Below, one piece after another: positions 7,920 to 19,353 of a stretch of 64,000 nucleotides of DNA. Below the pieces are notes generated by a model. It was not told the DNA's origin, did no database searches, and saw only the letters and a list, made by a program, of their open reading frames with translations. Position numbers and translations under genes: made by a program. Source of the stretch: an uncultured Opitutales bacterium (GTDB lineage Bacteria; Verrucomicrobiota; Verrucomicrobiia; Opitutales; Seribacteraceae); contig CAXBQX010000004.1 in NCBI GenBank assembly GCA_963978365.1, positions 4,220 to 68,219 of the forward strand, given 5' to 3'. The stretch's first letter is position 1; each line of letters begins with the position of its first letter.

Positions 7920-10598
7920 ATGAACCGATCAAACTCTTGGAAATTAATCTTCACCGCATTGCTGACGGCAATCAGTATCTCCTTAATTCTGCCCTTTGAG
8001 GATCAGGAACTTGGGGACTATGCCCTGTCTCAGGTAACATCAGATGCCAATGCATCTGATCATGCGGGTCACGAAAAGTTTTCTGAAGTTATTGATAACC
8101 TTCGCCTGCAGCTCCCCAGTGATCAACCCATTGATTACGCGGCTTTACGGGATTATGGTAAACGGAACCGCTTGGACTTCTCCGCTTATTTTGACCCACC
8201 GCAGGGAGTCCTAGGTACAGTAGGATCCCGCATCATGCCAATGTTGGTTAATCCGGGTATCCGTTCCTCCCATATCAAGGACAGGGATAAGAGAAATGAT
8301 TTAGTGTTACGGACCTTGCTCAAAAAGTCTCAGGCTGCGATTAAGCGAGGTCTCGACCTTCGTGGGGGCATTGCTTTCACGATGGAAGCGACTGACTTAA
8401 ATGTGAGTGTGGACTTAGACCAAGCATCCGGTGCCTCACCGATGGACAAAGTGGTCGAGATCATGAGCGAACGCCTGAATGCCTTTGGGGTCGCAGAAAC
8501 AGTGGTTCGTAAAAAAGGAGACCGTGCCATTGAAGTACAAATCCCAGACCTAACCACCAAGCAGGACCCTGGTATCATTAATGAATTACAAAAACCAGCG
8601 AAGCTCGAATTTCGTATTGTTAATACCAACAGCGAAGCCCCCGTGCCTGTACAGGAAGGCGAAGAGTGGACCGATGAAGAAGGGATTCCGTATGTCGCAC
8701 TTTTACGCAGCGATGCCCAACCCAATGAACGCCCAATTTGGGTAAGACGCCTATGGTCTGCAGATGGTGAAATTATCGCAGAAGCATACCCCAGGCAGGA
8801 TCAAATGGGAGGATGGGAAGTTGGGTTGGACTTTACACCAGAAGGAGGAAAAGCCTTTGGTGACCTTACAGGAAGAATCGCAGAAATGGCCGACCTCACA
8901 ACGGGTATGCCTGGCCGCTTGGCCATTGTATTGGATGGTCAACTTGAGAGTGCCCCATCCGTGAAAGAACGTATTGGTGGCGGCAGTGCGGTGATTACCG
9001 GAAACTTTAGCTTCCGAGAAGCCAAGATGCTCTCCGATATTTTGAACAACCCGCTCAAAGTTTCCCTTACCATTGGAGAGCAATATGAAGTATCCCCCAC
9101 CCTCGCCGCCGGTGCACTTTCGAGCAGCCTCAATGCCTGTCTCTTGGGTGCGGTTCTGGTAATCGCATTTATGATTGTCTGGTACAAGGCAGGCGGCTTC
9201 ATTGCGGTGCTTTCCGTAGGCTTGAATGTCTTGCTCGTCATCGCGACCCTATCAGGAATCTTTCAGGCTACTTTTACTCTCCCAGGTATGGCTGCCCTGG
9301 TTTTAACCATTGGTATGGCCGTGGATGCCAACATCCTAATTTTTGAGAGAATCCGCGAAGAATTAAGATCCGGTAAAAGTACCGAAAATGCTTTGGAGGG
9401 TGGTTATGCAAAAGCATTTTCCACCATCATTGATGCGAATCTGACCACCCTGATCACCGCATCCATTTTAATATGGCTCGGGACGGGTCCGGTTAAGGGA
9501 TTTGGTATCACCCTGGCAATTGGTATTGCGACCTCTGTATTCTGTGCACTTTTTGTCAGCCGGTTGTTCCTCACCCTCCTTGTAAAATCTGGGGTACAAA
9601 ACTTAATCAGCCTGCAAAAAATCGAGAAATCGGAACCCAAAAGTTCGATTGATTTTCTCAGGTACCGCAAAGTGGCTTTTCTTGTTTCCTGGATCGTGGT
9701 CGCGATCGGTATCTTCTCTGTTTACTCCAAAAAAGATACCATTCTGGGGATTGATTTTCGTGGGGGGGAGGAATTGGTGGCTGGATTTAGCGAAACCATT
9801 GATGCCGGTGCATTAGAACAATCTTTGCAAACCAACCCTGCACTTGGAGAAGTCCAGCATGTATACCGTTCAGAGGTTGGGTCAGGGGAAGGTGCGAGTC
9901 GCTTGGTTTTACAGACGGAAGAAGGTAAATCCCGTGAGGCCCTTGCCCACCTGCAAAAGAATTTCCCGGATGCTACTTTGGTCGAGGAAGGTTTGAGCAA
10001 CATTGGCGGATCGGTAAGCGATCAGATCAAAAGTGATGCGATCCTCTCGGTCTCCGTGGCCCTGCTTGGTATATTACTTTATGTCGCTCTCCGTTTTGAA
10101 ATGGGATATGCGATTGGTGCAGTCGTGGCAACCATCCACGATATTTTAATGACGGTCGGATTGTTTGTCCTGATTGGGCACCTGACCGATGGAGCGATCT
10201 GCTCGGGCCAGTTTACTGCCCCCATGCTCGCATCTATTTTAATGATCGTGGGTTACTCCATCAACGACACCATTGTTGTTTTTGACCGGATCCGGGAGGA
10301 ACTGGAACTCAACCCGGTAACCAATCTGCGAAAGATCGTAGTTCTGGCAATCAACCGGGTACTCTCCCGATCCATTCTAACCAGCTTTACCACCCTGCTG
10401 GCCGCAACCTCATTGTGGATCTTTGGTGCCGGGATTATCAACGACTTCGCTTTTGTATTTGTCATTGGTATTTTGACTGGAACTTTTTCCTCTATCTTTA
10501 TCGCAAGTCCAATTTTCTACTTTTGGCACCGCGGCGACCGCAAGCATGTGGAAGATGGGGAGTTGTTGCCCAAGTACGACTGGCAGACATCGAAATAG
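7920..10598 (+). CDS. secDF: Fused protein translocase subunit SecDF
   Basis: GLDLRGG, IGMAVDANILIFERIREE (SecD), GIDFRGG and GYSINDTIVVFDRIRE (SecF). Confidence 0.95.
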   Translation: MNRSNSWKLIFTALLTAISISLILPFEDQELGDYALSQVTSDANASDHAGHEKFSEVIDNLRLQLPSDQPIDYAALRDYGKRNRLDFSAYFDPPQGVLGTVGSRIMPMLVNPGIRSSHIKDRDKRNDLVLRTLLKKSQAAIKRGLDLRGGIAFTMEATDLNVSVDLDQASGASPMDKVVEIMSERLNAFGVAETVVRKKGDRAIEVQIPDLTTKQDPGIINELQKPAKLEFRIVNTNSEAPVPVQEGEEWTDEEGIPYVALLRSDAQPNERPIWVRRLWSADGEIIAEAYPRQDQMGGWEVGLDFTPEGGKAFGDLTGRIAEMADLTTGMPGRLAIVLDGQLESAPSVKERIGGGSAVITGNFSFREAKMLSDILNNPLKVSLTIGEQYEVSPTLAAGALSSSLNACLLGAVLVIAFMIVWYKAGGFIAVLSVGLNVLLVIATLSGIFQATFTLPGMAALVLTIGMAVDANILIFERIREELRSGKSTENALEGGYAKAFSTIIDANLTTLITASILIWLGTGPVKGFGITLAIGIATSVFCALFVSRLFLTLLVKSGVQNLISLQKIEKSEPKSSIDFLRYRKVAFLVSWIVVAIGIFSVYSKKDTILGIDFRGGEELVAGFSETIDAGALEQSLQTNPALGEVQHVYRSEVGSGEGASRLVLQTEEGKSREALAHLQKNFPDATLVEEGLSNIGGSVSDQIKSDAILSVSVALLGILLYVALRFEMGYAIGAVVATIHDILMTVGLFVLIGHLTDGAICSGQFTAPMLASILMIVGYSINDTIVVFDRIREELELNPVTNLRKIVVLAINRVLSRSILTSFTTLLAATSLWIFGAGIINDFAFVFVIGILTGTFSSIFIASPIFYFWHRGDRKHVEDGELLPKYDWQTSK

Positions 10599-10640
10599 CC
10601 TTGCTACCCAGAATCATTTTCTAGCACCAGCTCGGTGGGG

Positions 10641-12359
10641 ATGCAGTGGATCGAGCAACAAGCGGAGCAATCATCCGTTGCCCGACTCCAAAATGAATTG
10701 GGTATCTCCCCTTTATTGGCGAGACTCCTCGTACAAAAAGGGTTTGCAGATTCCAGGGAAGCCCAAGCCTTTCTCAAGCCTAAGTTAAAGGATTTGGATG
10801 ATCCATTTGCGATCCAGCATATGGATCTGGCTATATCAAAAATACTGAATACCCGGGACAATCAACAGTCTGTTTTATTACTTGGGGATTACGATGTGGA
10901 TGGGATCAGTTCCACTGTAATGACCAAGCAGGCCCTGGAATCAATTGGATTGGTGGTAGAAACCATTATTCCCAAAAGATTGAGCGAGGGGTATGGGTTG
11001 ACCCAAGAAGCATTGGAACGCGGCCTAAGTAAAGGAAAGTTTGGCTTGGTCATCGCACTTGATTGTGGAACCAACTCGATTGCGGAAGCCAATTATCTTC
11101 ACAGCCTGGGAATTGATCTGATTGTGGTTGATCATCACCAGCAAAAAGGCGGTTCCTTACCCAAAGCGATCCTTATCAACCCGCACATAGCTCCGGACCA
11201 AGGAGAACCTTGGCGGCATCTGTGCACCGCTGGACTCTGTTTTAAACTGATTCATGCTCTGTACAAGCGGGTGAGAGAAATGGAGGCTCCAGGTTCCGAA
11301 GAGTTAACCCCGAGGGATTTTCTACCTCTTTGTGCAATTGGAACCCTCGCCGACTTGGTTCCCTTACAGGGAGAGAGCCGAATCTTATCTCGTTTTGGAA
11401 TGATGCGCCTTTTTATGGATGCCTCCCCTGGACTACTCGCTCTCCTGAAAGAGTGTGGACTGGAAGAATCTATCGAACCAGAAACTGAGGATATTACTTT
11501 CAAATTAGCCCCTAGAGTGAATGCATGTGGCCGGTTAAATGAGCCTGAAACCGCAGTATCCTTACTCCTTGAAAAACACCCCGACAGGTGCCGATCCTTG
11601 GCTCAAAAACTAACTCAATTTAATGAGGAAAGAAAGGGGATTGAAGCCCAACTCACCATCGATGCCCTCGCCCAGGCTGAAGAGAATTTCAGTGATTCTC
11701 CCGCGGTTATTGTCACCGGGGATGGAGATGGTTGGCACCCGGGGGTCGTCGGGATTGTTGCCGGGAAACTCGCCAATTCGCTCAATAAACCATGCCTGGT
11801 ATTAGCCCGCGGAGAAGGAGACGAATACTGTGGTTCTGGACGGAGCATACCTGGGATAAACCTGGTGGAAATCCTCTCCCAATGCCAGGACAGATTAACC
11901 CATTGGGGGGGCCACCCTGTGGCGGTTGGACTGGGACTTAAGGAAAGTGAACGCGAATCGTTTATCGCTGAATTTATCGAGGCAGTTGAAAATTGCACAG
12001 GTTCTACCCCAGAAGAATCCTCCCTGAGTGTGGATGCATTTATCGACCCCGATGTGTTAAGATATGAGTTATTGGATGAAATCAATTCCCTAGGTCCGTT
12101 TGGACAGGGTAATGAAGAACCTCTTCTTGGAATCAAAGAAATTGTGCTCGATTCTCCACCCAGACCCATTGGCAATGGAGAACACTTCCAGTTCTCCATT
12201 CGAAATGGATCGGGTTACATCCGTGGTGTAGCCTGGCGGATGGGAGACCGCACACCACAGGTTGGCCAAAAAATAGATCTTCTCTTTAAGCTAAGAAAAA
12301 ACTTTTGGAACGGAAGAAGTTCTCTTCAACTTGTGCTTGAGGACTGGAAGCCCAGTTAG
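10641..12359 (+). CDS. recJ: ssDNA-specific exonuclease RecJ
   Basis: GDYDVDG, DCGT, DHH, PRVNACGR, GVVGIVAG, GSGRS, GGH and PFGQGN. Start is GTG 10635 or ATG 10641. Confidence 0.95.
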   Translation: MQWIEQQAEQSSVARLQNELGISPLLARLLVQKGFADSREAQAFLKPKLKDLDDPFAIQHMDLAISKILNTRDNQQSVLLLGDYDVDGISSTVMTKQALESIGLVVETIIPKRLSEGYGLTQEALERGLSKGKFGLVIALDCGTNSIAEANYLHSLGIDLIVVDHHQQKGGSLPKAILINPHIAPDQGEPWRHLCTAGLCFKLIHALYKRVREMEAPGSEELTPRDFLPLCAIGTLADLVPLQGESRILSRFGMMRLFMDASPGLLALLKECGLEESIEPETEDITFKLAPRVNACGRLNEPETAVSLLLEKHPDRCRSLAQKLTQFNEERKGIEAQLTIDALAQAEENFSDSPAVIVTGDGDGWHPGVVGIVAGKLANSLNKPCLVLARGEGDEYCGSGRSIPGINLVEILSQCQDRLTHWGGHPVAVGLGLKESERESFIAEFIEAVENCTGSTPEESSLSVDAFIDPDVLRYELLDEINSLGPFGQGNEEPLLGIKEIVLDSPPRPIGNGEHFQFSIRNGSGYIRGVAWRMGDRTPQVGQKIDLLFKLRKNFWNGRSSLQLVLEDWKPS

Positions 12360-12387
12360 CTCCCCTACCCCAAAGGACTTGAATAAA

Positions 12388-13893
12388 TCAAGGATTGATC
12401 CGTTCTTCCAAATAAGCAACTGCTTCGTCCATCGACATTCTTTGCTGCTCGGTGGTATCCCGGTCCCGCAAGGTAATGGATCCATCGCCTTCCAGGGTAT
12501 CGAAATCCACGGTTAGAGCAAAGGGAACCCCAGCTTCATCTGCCCGACGGTAACGGCGACCAATCGCACCCGATTGATCGTAAGTCACATTCCACTTGCG
12601 TTGAAGGCGCTGGTAAAGCCCCTGTGCTTTTTCCACCAATTCAGGCTTATTTTTAACCAATGGGAAAACAGCTGCCTTAAGAGGGGCAACCCTGGGGTGA
12701 AATTTCATCACCGTTCGTTTCTCCCCATCGACCTCGTCGATGTGGTAAGCTGCACAGAGAACAGCAAGAAAAGTACGGTCCACTCCGAGGCTTGGTTCAA
12801 TCACATGGGGTAAATACCGTTGCTTACTCCCCTCGTCAAAATACTCCAAGCTCTTGCCTGAATGTTCCTGGTGTTGGGTGAGATCAAAATTCCCCCGAGC
12901 CGCAATTCCCTCGAGCTCATGTTCGCCAAAGGGAAATTTGAAGGTGATATCTGTACATGCCTGAGCATAGTGAGCTAATTTATGCTGAGGATGGACTTCC
13001 TCTCCGAGCATATCCGAAGTAAGGCCAATCGACTCAAACCAATTCTTTCGTGCGTCGATCCATTCGCGGTGATATTTCGGCCAATGCTCATCCCCGGGTG
13101 GGATAAAATATTCGATTTCCATCTGCTCAAACTCCCGGGATCGAAAGATGAAATTCCGTGGAGTGATCTCATTCCGAAAAGCTTTACCAATCTGTGCGAT
13201 TCCGAAAGGAACTTTGACCCGGCCAGTATCGACAATGTTTTTGAAATTGGCAAAAATCCCCTGGGCCGTTTCCGGGCGTAAATAACACTTGGAAGATCCA
13301 TCCCGCAAGGCCCCGACATGAGTCTCGAACATCATATTAAACTCCCGGGGAGGCGTTAAAGATCCGGGCTTGCCGGTGGCAGGAGAAGGCACAAGTTGCT
13401 GCTCCTCCGCACTCAGTTCATCGTAAGGTTGCAATTTTAAAGCATCGAGGTTGCCCTGCTTGGCCACTTTCCTTTTGAGGGATTCTGCTTGCTTGGCCGC
13501 TTCCTCCTCCATCGATTCAGATTCGAGTAAGGAAACCCAACCGATCGACTCGCCATCTACAGTGACCTCTGCTGCGAAAAGCTGATCCGCCCGGTAGCGC
13601 ATCTTCGATTCTTTGCAGTCGACCATGGGGTCAGTAAATCCATCCACATGTCCGGAAGCTTGCCAGATTCTTGGGTTCATAATGATGCTGGAATCAAGCC
13701 CAACCATATCATCCCTGCGGCGAACCATGTCTTCCCACCATGCATCTTTGATATTTTTGCGCAATTCCACTCCCAGTGGACCGTAATCAAAAAAACCGTT
13801 TAAACCTCCATAAATTTCGGAGGATTGAAAAACGAAACCGCGACGTTTAGACAAAGAAATAATTTCCTCGATTAAGCTATTTTCCTTACTCAT
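12388..13893 (-). CDS. glyS: Glycine--tRNA ligase (alpha2 homodimeric type)
   Basis: IYGG...[50 protein letters not shown] and IGRRYRR. Confidence 0.95.
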   Translation of the reverse strand: MSKENSLIEEIISLSKRRGFVFQSSEIYGGLNGFFDYGPLGVELRKNIKDAWWEDMVRRRDDMVGLDSSIIMNPRIWQASGHVDGFTDPMVDCKESKMRYRADQLFAAEVTVDGESIGWVSLLESESMEEEAAKQAESLKRKVAKQGNLDALKLQPYDELSAEEQQLVPSPATGKPGSLTPPREFNMMFETHVGALRDGSSKCYLRPETAQGIFANFKNIVDTGRVKVPFGIAQIGKAFRNEITPRNFIFRSREFEQMEIEYFIPPGDEHWPKYHREWIDARKNWFESIGLTSDMLGEEVHPQHKLAHYAQACTDITFKFPFGEHELEGIAARGNFDLTQHQEHSGKSLEYFDEGSKQRYLPHVIEPSLGVDRTFLAVLCAAYHIDEVDGEKRTVMKFHPRVAPLKAAVFPLVKNKPELVEKAQGLYQRLQRKWNVTYDQSGAIGRRYRRADEAGVPFALTVDFDTLEGDGSITLRDRDTTEQQRMSMDEAVAYLEERINP

Positions 13894-14007
13894 AAAAAGT
13901 ATTAGCTTTTACTATTCATCCCATCAATGGACAATCTTTTAACCTTCCGTTATTCCTACAAAGTTCAGGTTGACTCCTAAGGAGTAAGAATTTTGAATTC
14001 AATTTCG

Positions 14008-14280
14008 ATGGGAATTTCAAAAAACAAGCTAACCACCCGAGTGATCGCTCTGGGTCTTCTGACCACGGTCACTCTGCTCAGTAGTTGTAGCTTGAACCCC
14101 AAAAGGTATTTTTCAAAACAGATGAATTTGGGAGGGGTTATTACCCGCGAACCATCCTCTTACACGCCAGTTGAAACCGGAACATTTCGGGTAAGTTCTG
14201 ATGAATTGGTAAACCGTAGGCACCACAAAGGAGGTAAAACAAGTTTCCTTTGGGGATTGTTTACTTACACAGACTATTGA
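14008..14280 (+). CDS. Small putative lipoprotein
   Basis: Basic N-terminus, hydrophobic helix and lipobox LSS-C, with an aromatic C-terminus SFLWGLFTYTDY. The ATG at 14008 is preferred. Confidence 0.7.
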   Translation: MGISKNKLTTRVIALGLLTTVTLLSSCSLNPKRYFSKQMNLGGVITREPSSYTPVETGTFRVSSDELVNRRHHKGGKTSFLWGLFTYTDY

Positions 14281-14322
14281 TCTGATGGTCTAGGCCCTAT
14301 TTGAGGGATTTATTTCCCTAAT

Positions 14323-14355
14323 TTCTATTAATAATTAGAATAATTCCATTTCTAA
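14323..14355. promoter_or_regulatory. Candidate Fur-family (PerR/Irr-like) operator
   Basis: AT-rich overlapping inverted repeats TTCTA-N8-TAGAA (14323-14340) and TTAGAA-N9-TTCTAA (14335-14355), 40 bp upstream of the fur-like ATG. Confidence 0.4.
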
Positions 14356-14394
14356 CTTGAGAATATCCATGTATTGTTTAGTTTGGAACTTTGC

Positions 14395-14832
14395 ATGGCT
14401 TTTTCCCTCTCCCCATCCTCCAAAAAAACATTCGCACATTCTCTTCGCGAAAAAGGTCTACGCCCGACCAAGCAGCGTGCCTGTGTTTATGAAGTTATCT
14501 TGGATAAAAGAGACCATCCTACGGCTGATGATATTTTTGACCGGGTTAAAAAGCATCTGCCGGGTACTTCTTTTGCCACCGTTTATAATTGCTTAGAGAC
14601 TTTGGTCGGATGTGGCCTGGTTCGTCAGGTTAATATGGATCGCTCCCCTACCCGTTACTGTCCGAACCTTACGCCGCATGCACATTTTAAGTGCACGGAT
14701 ACTGGGCAGATTTTTGATGTTCAAATCGACCAGGAAACGCTCTCCAAAATGCATGCACTCATCCCCAAAGGCTTTTTGGCTGAAAACATCGATCTGTGCT
14801 TCTCCGGAAAAGGAGACTCCTCTACCCAGTAA
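14395..14832 (+). CDS. Fur-family transcriptional regulator (PerR/Irr-like)
   Basis: GLRPTKQR, HPTADDI, SFATVYNCLETL...GLV and HAHF. The ATG at 14395 is preferred. Confidence 0.9.
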   Translation: MAFSLSPSSKKTFAHSLREKGLRPTKQRACVYEVILDKRDHPTADDIFDRVKKHLPGTSFATVYNCLETLVGCGLVRQVNMDRSPTRYCPNLTPHAHFKCTDTGQIFDVQIDQETLSKMHALIPKGFLAENIDLCFSGKGDSSTQ

Positions 14833-14857
14833 CTGATTCCGTAAAACTTTTTAAATT

Positions 14858-15610
14858 GTGAACTCCTTAAAAATTGAAAACCTACAAGCCTCGATCGAGG
14901 ATAAAGCGATTTTGCATGGTCTCTCCTTGGAAATACCCAAGGGTGAAGTGCATGCAATCATGGGCCCAAACGGAAGTGGTAAAAGTACCCTAGCGAAAGT
15001 CCTTTCCGGACACCCTGACTACGAAGTCCATGGCGGGTCTGTTACCCTCGACGATGAAAACATACTTGGATTGGAGCCTGATGAAATCTCCAGACTAGGA
15101 TTATTCCTCGCTTTTCAATACCCCATGGAGGTTCCTGGCGTAACCATTGCAAACTTTATCCGGGCAGCTCGAAATGCACGCCTACCTGAAGGTGAAAAAG
15201 TAAAAGCAGTCGATTTTTACAAAGAACTCTATGAACACATGGATGATTTGGGGATGGATCGAAAATTTACCTCCCGCTCCTTAAACGATGGATTTTCCGG
15301 TGGCGAAAAGAAGCGCTGCGAAATTCTGCAGATGTCTATGCTCTCTCCAAAGTACTGTATTCTCGATGAGACGGACAGTGGCTTGGATATTGATGCACTG
15401 CGAGTGGTTTCAGAAGGGGTCAACCGGATGCGCAATCCAGACCGTGGCATACTTGTTATCACCCACTACCAACGCTTGCTTGAATACATCGTGCCAGACT
15501 ATGTGCATGTCATGTCTGAGGGTAAAATCGTGCGTACTGGAGGAAAAGAACTGGCTCTCGAACTGGAAGAGCGCGGATACGACTGGATCAAACAAGAAGC
15601 TGTTGCTTAA
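14858..15610 (+). CDS. sufC: Fe-S cluster assembly ATPase SufC
   Basis: [44 protein letters not shown] and ITHYQRLL. Confidence 0.97.
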   Translation: MNSLKIENLQASIEDKAILHGLSLEIPKGEVHAIMGPNGSGKSTLAKVLSGHPDYEVHGGSVTLDDENILGLEPDEISRLGLFLAFQYPMEVPGVTIANFIRAARNARLPEGEKVKAVDFYKELYEHMDDLGMDRKFTSRSLNDGFSGGEKKRCEILQMSMLSPKYCILDETDSGLDIDALRVVSEGVNRMRNPDRGILVITHYQRLLEYIVPDYVHVMSEGKIVRTGGKELALELEERGYDWIKQEAVA

Positions 15611-15631
15611 AAACACCCCACCCCACTTTTC

Positions 15632-17038
15632 ATGATTAGTCCATCCCAAGTAGAAGTAGACCGCGAAAAAGGAAATTTTCATTACGATACCGATTATTCA
15701 TTTGATGCCGGTGTTGGTCTTTCTGAAGATGTTATCCGCTACATATCTGAAGTTAAAAAAGAGGATCCATGGGTGCTCGATTTCAGGCTAAAAGCTCTCA
15801 AAACCTTCGAAAAAAAACCGATGCCCACACACTGGGCAACGGAAGACCTAAAAAATATCAACTTTGATGTAATTCGCTACTACCTGGCTAAAGGACAAAA
15901 ACCCAGCCGAACCTGGGATGAAGTGCCTGACGATATAAAAAATACTTTTGAAAGGTTGGGCATTCCCGAGCAGGAAAGAAAGTTTCTTGCGGGTGTGGAA
16001 GCTCAGTTCGATAGCGAGGCAGCCTATTCCCGCATGAAAGAAGACCTCGAAAAGGAAGGGGTTATTTTCGTTGGATCCACTGAGGGTTTAAAAGAACACC
16101 CTGAGATATTCAAAAAGTGGTTTGGCAAAGTAATCCCCACCTCGGACAACAAATTTTCAGCCCTGAATAGTGCAGTTTTCTCGGGAGGAAGTTTTATTTA
16201 CATTCCACCAGGGGTAAAATTGGCCCAACCATTGCAGGCATATTTCCGGATCAATGCAGAAAATTTCGGTCAATTTGAGCGTACCTTAATTATAGCAGAT
16301 GAGGGCTCGGAAGTCATGTACATGGAAGGGTGTACGGCTCCAAAGTTTGAAACCTCTACCCTGCATAGTGCCGTGGTTGAGTTGGTCGCTTTGAAAGGAG
16401 CTAAAATCCAATATGTGACTGTTCAAAATTGGTCCAACAATGTTTTTAATTTAGTGACCAAGAGGGCCTTGGCAGAAGAAGAAGCGGAGGTGCGATGGAT
16501 TGATTGTAATATAGGCTCCCGGTTAACCATGAAGTACCCGGGGGTAATTTTACGGGGCCGAAAAGCACGCGGAGAAGTGGTCTCCATTGCTTTAGCGAAC
16601 GATGGCCAGCATCAGGACACAGGTGCGAAAATGGTGCATGCGGCCGATGAAACCTCCAGTAATGTGATCTCCAAATCCATTTCGATTGGCGAAGGCAGGG
16701 CCTCCTACCGTGGCTTGGTGCAAATGCCGGGTCACTTAAAGGGATGTAAAAATAACACAGAGTGTGACGCCCTCCTGATCAATAATAACAGCCAAACCGA
16801 CACCTATCCAGCCATCACTGTGCAAGGGGATGCCAACTCGGTGCAGCATGAGGCCAGTGTATCCAAAGTAAGTGCTGAACAGATTTTTTACATGCAACAG
16901 CGGGGTTTGGGGGAAGCTGAAGCGATGAGCCTTTGTGTGAATGGATTTGTCAATGATTTGATTCGGGAGTTCCCCATGGAATACAGCGTTGAGTTAAAAA
17001 GATTAATCGATTTGGAGATGGAAGGCTCCGTCGGATAA
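15632..17038 (+). CDS. sufB: Fe-S cluster assembly scaffold SufB
   Basis: [33 protein letters not shown] and the LEMEGSVG C-terminus. Confidence 0.97.
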   Translation: MISPSQVEVDREKGNFHYDTDYSFDAGVGLSEDVIRYISEVKKEDPWVLDFRLKALKTFEKKPMPTHWATEDLKNINFDVIRYYLAKGQKPSRTWDEVPDDIKNTFERLGIPEQERKFLAGVEAQFDSEAAYSRMKEDLEKEGVIFVGSTEGLKEHPEIFKKWFGKVIPTSDNKFSALNSAVFSGGSFIYIPPGVKLAQPLQAYFRINAENFGQFERTLIIADEGSEVMYMEGCTAPKFETSTLHSAVVELVALKGAKIQYVTVQNWSNNVFNLVTKRALAEEEAEVRWIDCNIGSRLTMKYPGVILRGRKARGEVVSIALANDGQHQDTGAKMVHAADETSSNVISKSISIGEGRASYRGLVQMPGHLKGCKNNTECDALLINNNSQTDTYPAITVQGDANSVQHEASVSKVSAEQIFYMQQRGLGEAEAMSLCVNGFVNDLIREFPMEYSVELKRLIDLEMEGSVG

Positions 17039-17044
17039 GCCCCT

Positions 17045-18298
17045 ATGAGCCTAGAAACCATTTCACCCTCTTCGATGGATACTTTTTCGTTATCACAACC
17101 GCATACCTTTAACGAGTTTGCCGAAAGCAGGTCGTGGGAACCTGGGTGGCTTGCCGACTACCGGCAAGATTGCTGGGAAAAGTTTTCTGGCCTGCCCGAA
17201 CGAATTTTGAAAGACGAAAGGTGGCGTTTCTCTCCGCGTGCCCGTTTTGGGATCGACCAAATTTCCGCCTTGGCCCATCCCAAAGAGTCACTCACCCTTA
17301 TTGGTTCGTCCATCACTGAAGGACTATCCGTTGATCTATTCGATCAACTGATCCTTGATGAACCACATGCTCTTACTCTGCTCACCAAACTACTGGGGCC
17401 AGATTTAGGAGCGGATGATTATTCATACCTCACAGGTGCATTCGCTCAAACGGGCTTTTTATTGCGTGCCAAGAAAGGCACCGTAGCAAGCAAACCCATA
17501 ATCATTGAACACCAGGAACCGGAAAGCGGGCAAATTGCTTTTCATCACAACCTGATTGAACTGGAAGCAAATGCAGAAGTAACCGTAATCGAAAGGTTTG
17601 TGGGCCAAACGGATACACCTGGAGGATTCATTTCCAATCTGCTCAAGGTTCAATTAGGGGAAGGAGCCAGACTGAATCGAATTGTGATTCAGGAGTGCTC
17701 AGCGAAAGCCACCATTGTTCAGATGGAAAACTTCAACATCGGAAAGAATGCTTATTTAAACACATCGAATCTCCATTTAGGAGGGGCTCAGTCCAGGATT
17801 GAATCCAAGGGGGTGTTAAAAGAGCCCGGAGCTCATTTTGAATATGGATCTGTTTTTCTTGGAAATGATGAGCAACTTTTTGATCAAAGAACCATTCAAG
17901 TACATGAGGCCCCTCATTGCACGAGTAACCTCCTTTGCAAAAATGCTCTTCGCAAGGAAGCCAAGTCCATTTTTTCCGGTTTGATTAAGGTGGATAAGCA
18001 AGCCCAGCATACAGATGCATATCAAACCAACCGCAACCTGTTATTAAGTTCGGAAGCAGAAGCTGACTCCCTGCCCGGTCTGGAAATTTTAGCCAATGAG
18101 GTAAAGTGTAGTCATGGTGCCACCACCAGTAGAATAGATCCACAAGAACTCTTCTATCTTCACAGCCGGGGAATCCCAAAAGTGGAAGCTGAAAAACTGA
18201 TTGCCATTGGATTCCTCAGCGAATCTTTGCTCAACATCGATGATGAAGAGACCCGCGAAACAACTTTAAATGCTCTGGCGGATGCGTTTACCTCTTAA
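17045..18298 (+). CDS. sufD: Fe-S cluster assembly protein SufD
   Basis: ERWRF, TDAYQTNRNLLLS, PGLEILANEVKCSHGAT and FYLHSRGI. Confidence 0.93.
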   Translation: MSLETISPSSMDTFSLSQPHTFNEFAESRSWEPGWLADYRQDCWEKFSGLPERILKDERWRFSPRARFGIDQISALAHPKESLTLIGSSITEGLSVDLFDQLILDEPHALTLLTKLLGPDLGADDYSYLTGAFAQTGFLLRAKKGTVASKPIIIEHQEPESGQIAFHHNLIELEANAEVTVIERFVGQTDTPGGFISNLLKVQLGEGARLNRIVIQECSAKATIVQMENFNIGKNAYLNTSNLHLGGAQSRIESKGVLKEPGAHFEYGSVFLGNDEQLFDQRTIQVHEAPHCTSNLLCKNALRKEAKSIFSGLIKVDKQAQHTDAYQTNRNLLLSSEAEADSLPGLEILANEVKCSHGATTSRIDPQELFYLHSRGIPKVEAEKLIAIGFLSESLLNIDDEETRETTLNALADAFTS

Positions 18299-18307
18299 TT
18301 TCATTCC

Positions 18308-18853
18308 ATGAGCCAACAAGAAGTCGAACTGAACCGGGATGTGGTCGCCACACTCATACCCCATGGTGAGGAATTCACTTTGGGAAGAGGTGAAAAAGTA
18401 ACCATCACCCACAGATTGGGCGGAAATTTCACGGTTATGACCCTGCAGGGCATGTATCGGATTGCCGCAAGAGATGCAGATGCACTCGGAGAAGACCTGG
18501 AAGAAGCATCCAAGCTCCCTGCCGATGGCAATGCCAAGCCTGCAGGCGTGGATGAGATTAAAGAAAACCTCAAGACTGTCTTCGACCCGGAGATTCCGGT
18601 AAATGTGGTTGATTTGGGACTGATCTACCGGGTTGAAATTGAAGATACCGAAGAGCATGGTCGGGTGGCCTATGTAGACCTGACCCTCACGGCACCAGGA
18701 TGTGGAATGGGACCAGTGATTGCGGATGATTGTAAGGGTAAAGTACTGGAACTACCCGGAATCGATCATGCCGAGGTTGAAATTGTCTGGGACCCACCCT
18801 GGACACAGGACATGATATCTGAAGAGGGTAAAATGGAACTGGGTTTGATTTAA
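18308..18853 (+). CDS. sufT: Fe-S cluster assembly protein SufT (DUF59/PaaD domain)
   Basis: LGGNFTV N-terminal domain, [25 protein letters not shown] and VWDPPW. Confidence 0.9.
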   Translation: MSQQEVELNRDVVATLIPHGEEFTLGRGEKVTITHRLGGNFTVMTLQGMYRIAARDADALGEDLEEASKLPADGNAKPAGVDEIKENLKTVFDPEIPVNVVDLGLIYRVEIEDTEEHGRVAYVDLTLTAPGCGMGPVIADDCKGKVLELPGIDHAEVEIVWDPPWTQDMISEEGKMELGLI

Positions 18854-18896
18854 ATGGATCTGGAATTCACTCTGTTAAACTTTCAATAATCTAATT

Positions 18897-19331
18897 ATGA
18901 AAATTGCTCTTGGTACCGATCACGCGGGTTTCGAATATAAAGAAGCCATCAAAAAACATCTGCAAGCCCTTGGTCATGAGGTACAAGACTTTGGTACATT
19001 TTCTAACGAATCCGTTGATTACCCGCTTTTTATCGGACCAGCTGCCGAAAGCGTGGCGGATGGCTTATGCGATCTCGGGATTGTTCTGGGTGGAAGTGGC
19101 AACGGTGAAGCTATGGCCGCAAACAAGGTGAAAGGGGTACGCTGTGCTCTTTGCTGGAGTGAGGAAACCGCAAAACTCGCCAAGGAGCATAACAATGCGA
19201 ATGTGCTATCCATTGGCCAAAGGCAAATCTCTGAAGAGCTTGCTATTAAAATAGTCGATACCTGGTTAAACGCTGAATTCGAAGGGGGCAGGCATACCCG
19301 TAGAATCGAGATGCTCGACAAAAAACTCTAA
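18897..19331 (+). CDS. rpiB: Ribose-5-phosphate isomerase B
   Basis: DHAG, SVDYP, GGSGNG, HNNANVL and FEGGRH. Confidence 0.95.
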   Translation: MKIALGTDHAGFEYKEAIKKHLQALGHEVQDFGTFSNESVDYPLFIGPAAESVADGLCDLGIVLGGSGNGEAMAANKVKGVRCALCWSEETAKLAKEHNNANVLSIGQRQISEELAIKIVDTWLNAEFEGGRHTRRIEMLDKKL

Positions 19332-19353
19332 TTCGATATATCCATTCACTTTC

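Noticed and set aside
11615-12199. 194-aa antisense ORF inside recJ
   Set aside because: It is a Ser/Pro-rich shadow frame fully opposite a conserved gene, with no recognisable motifs.
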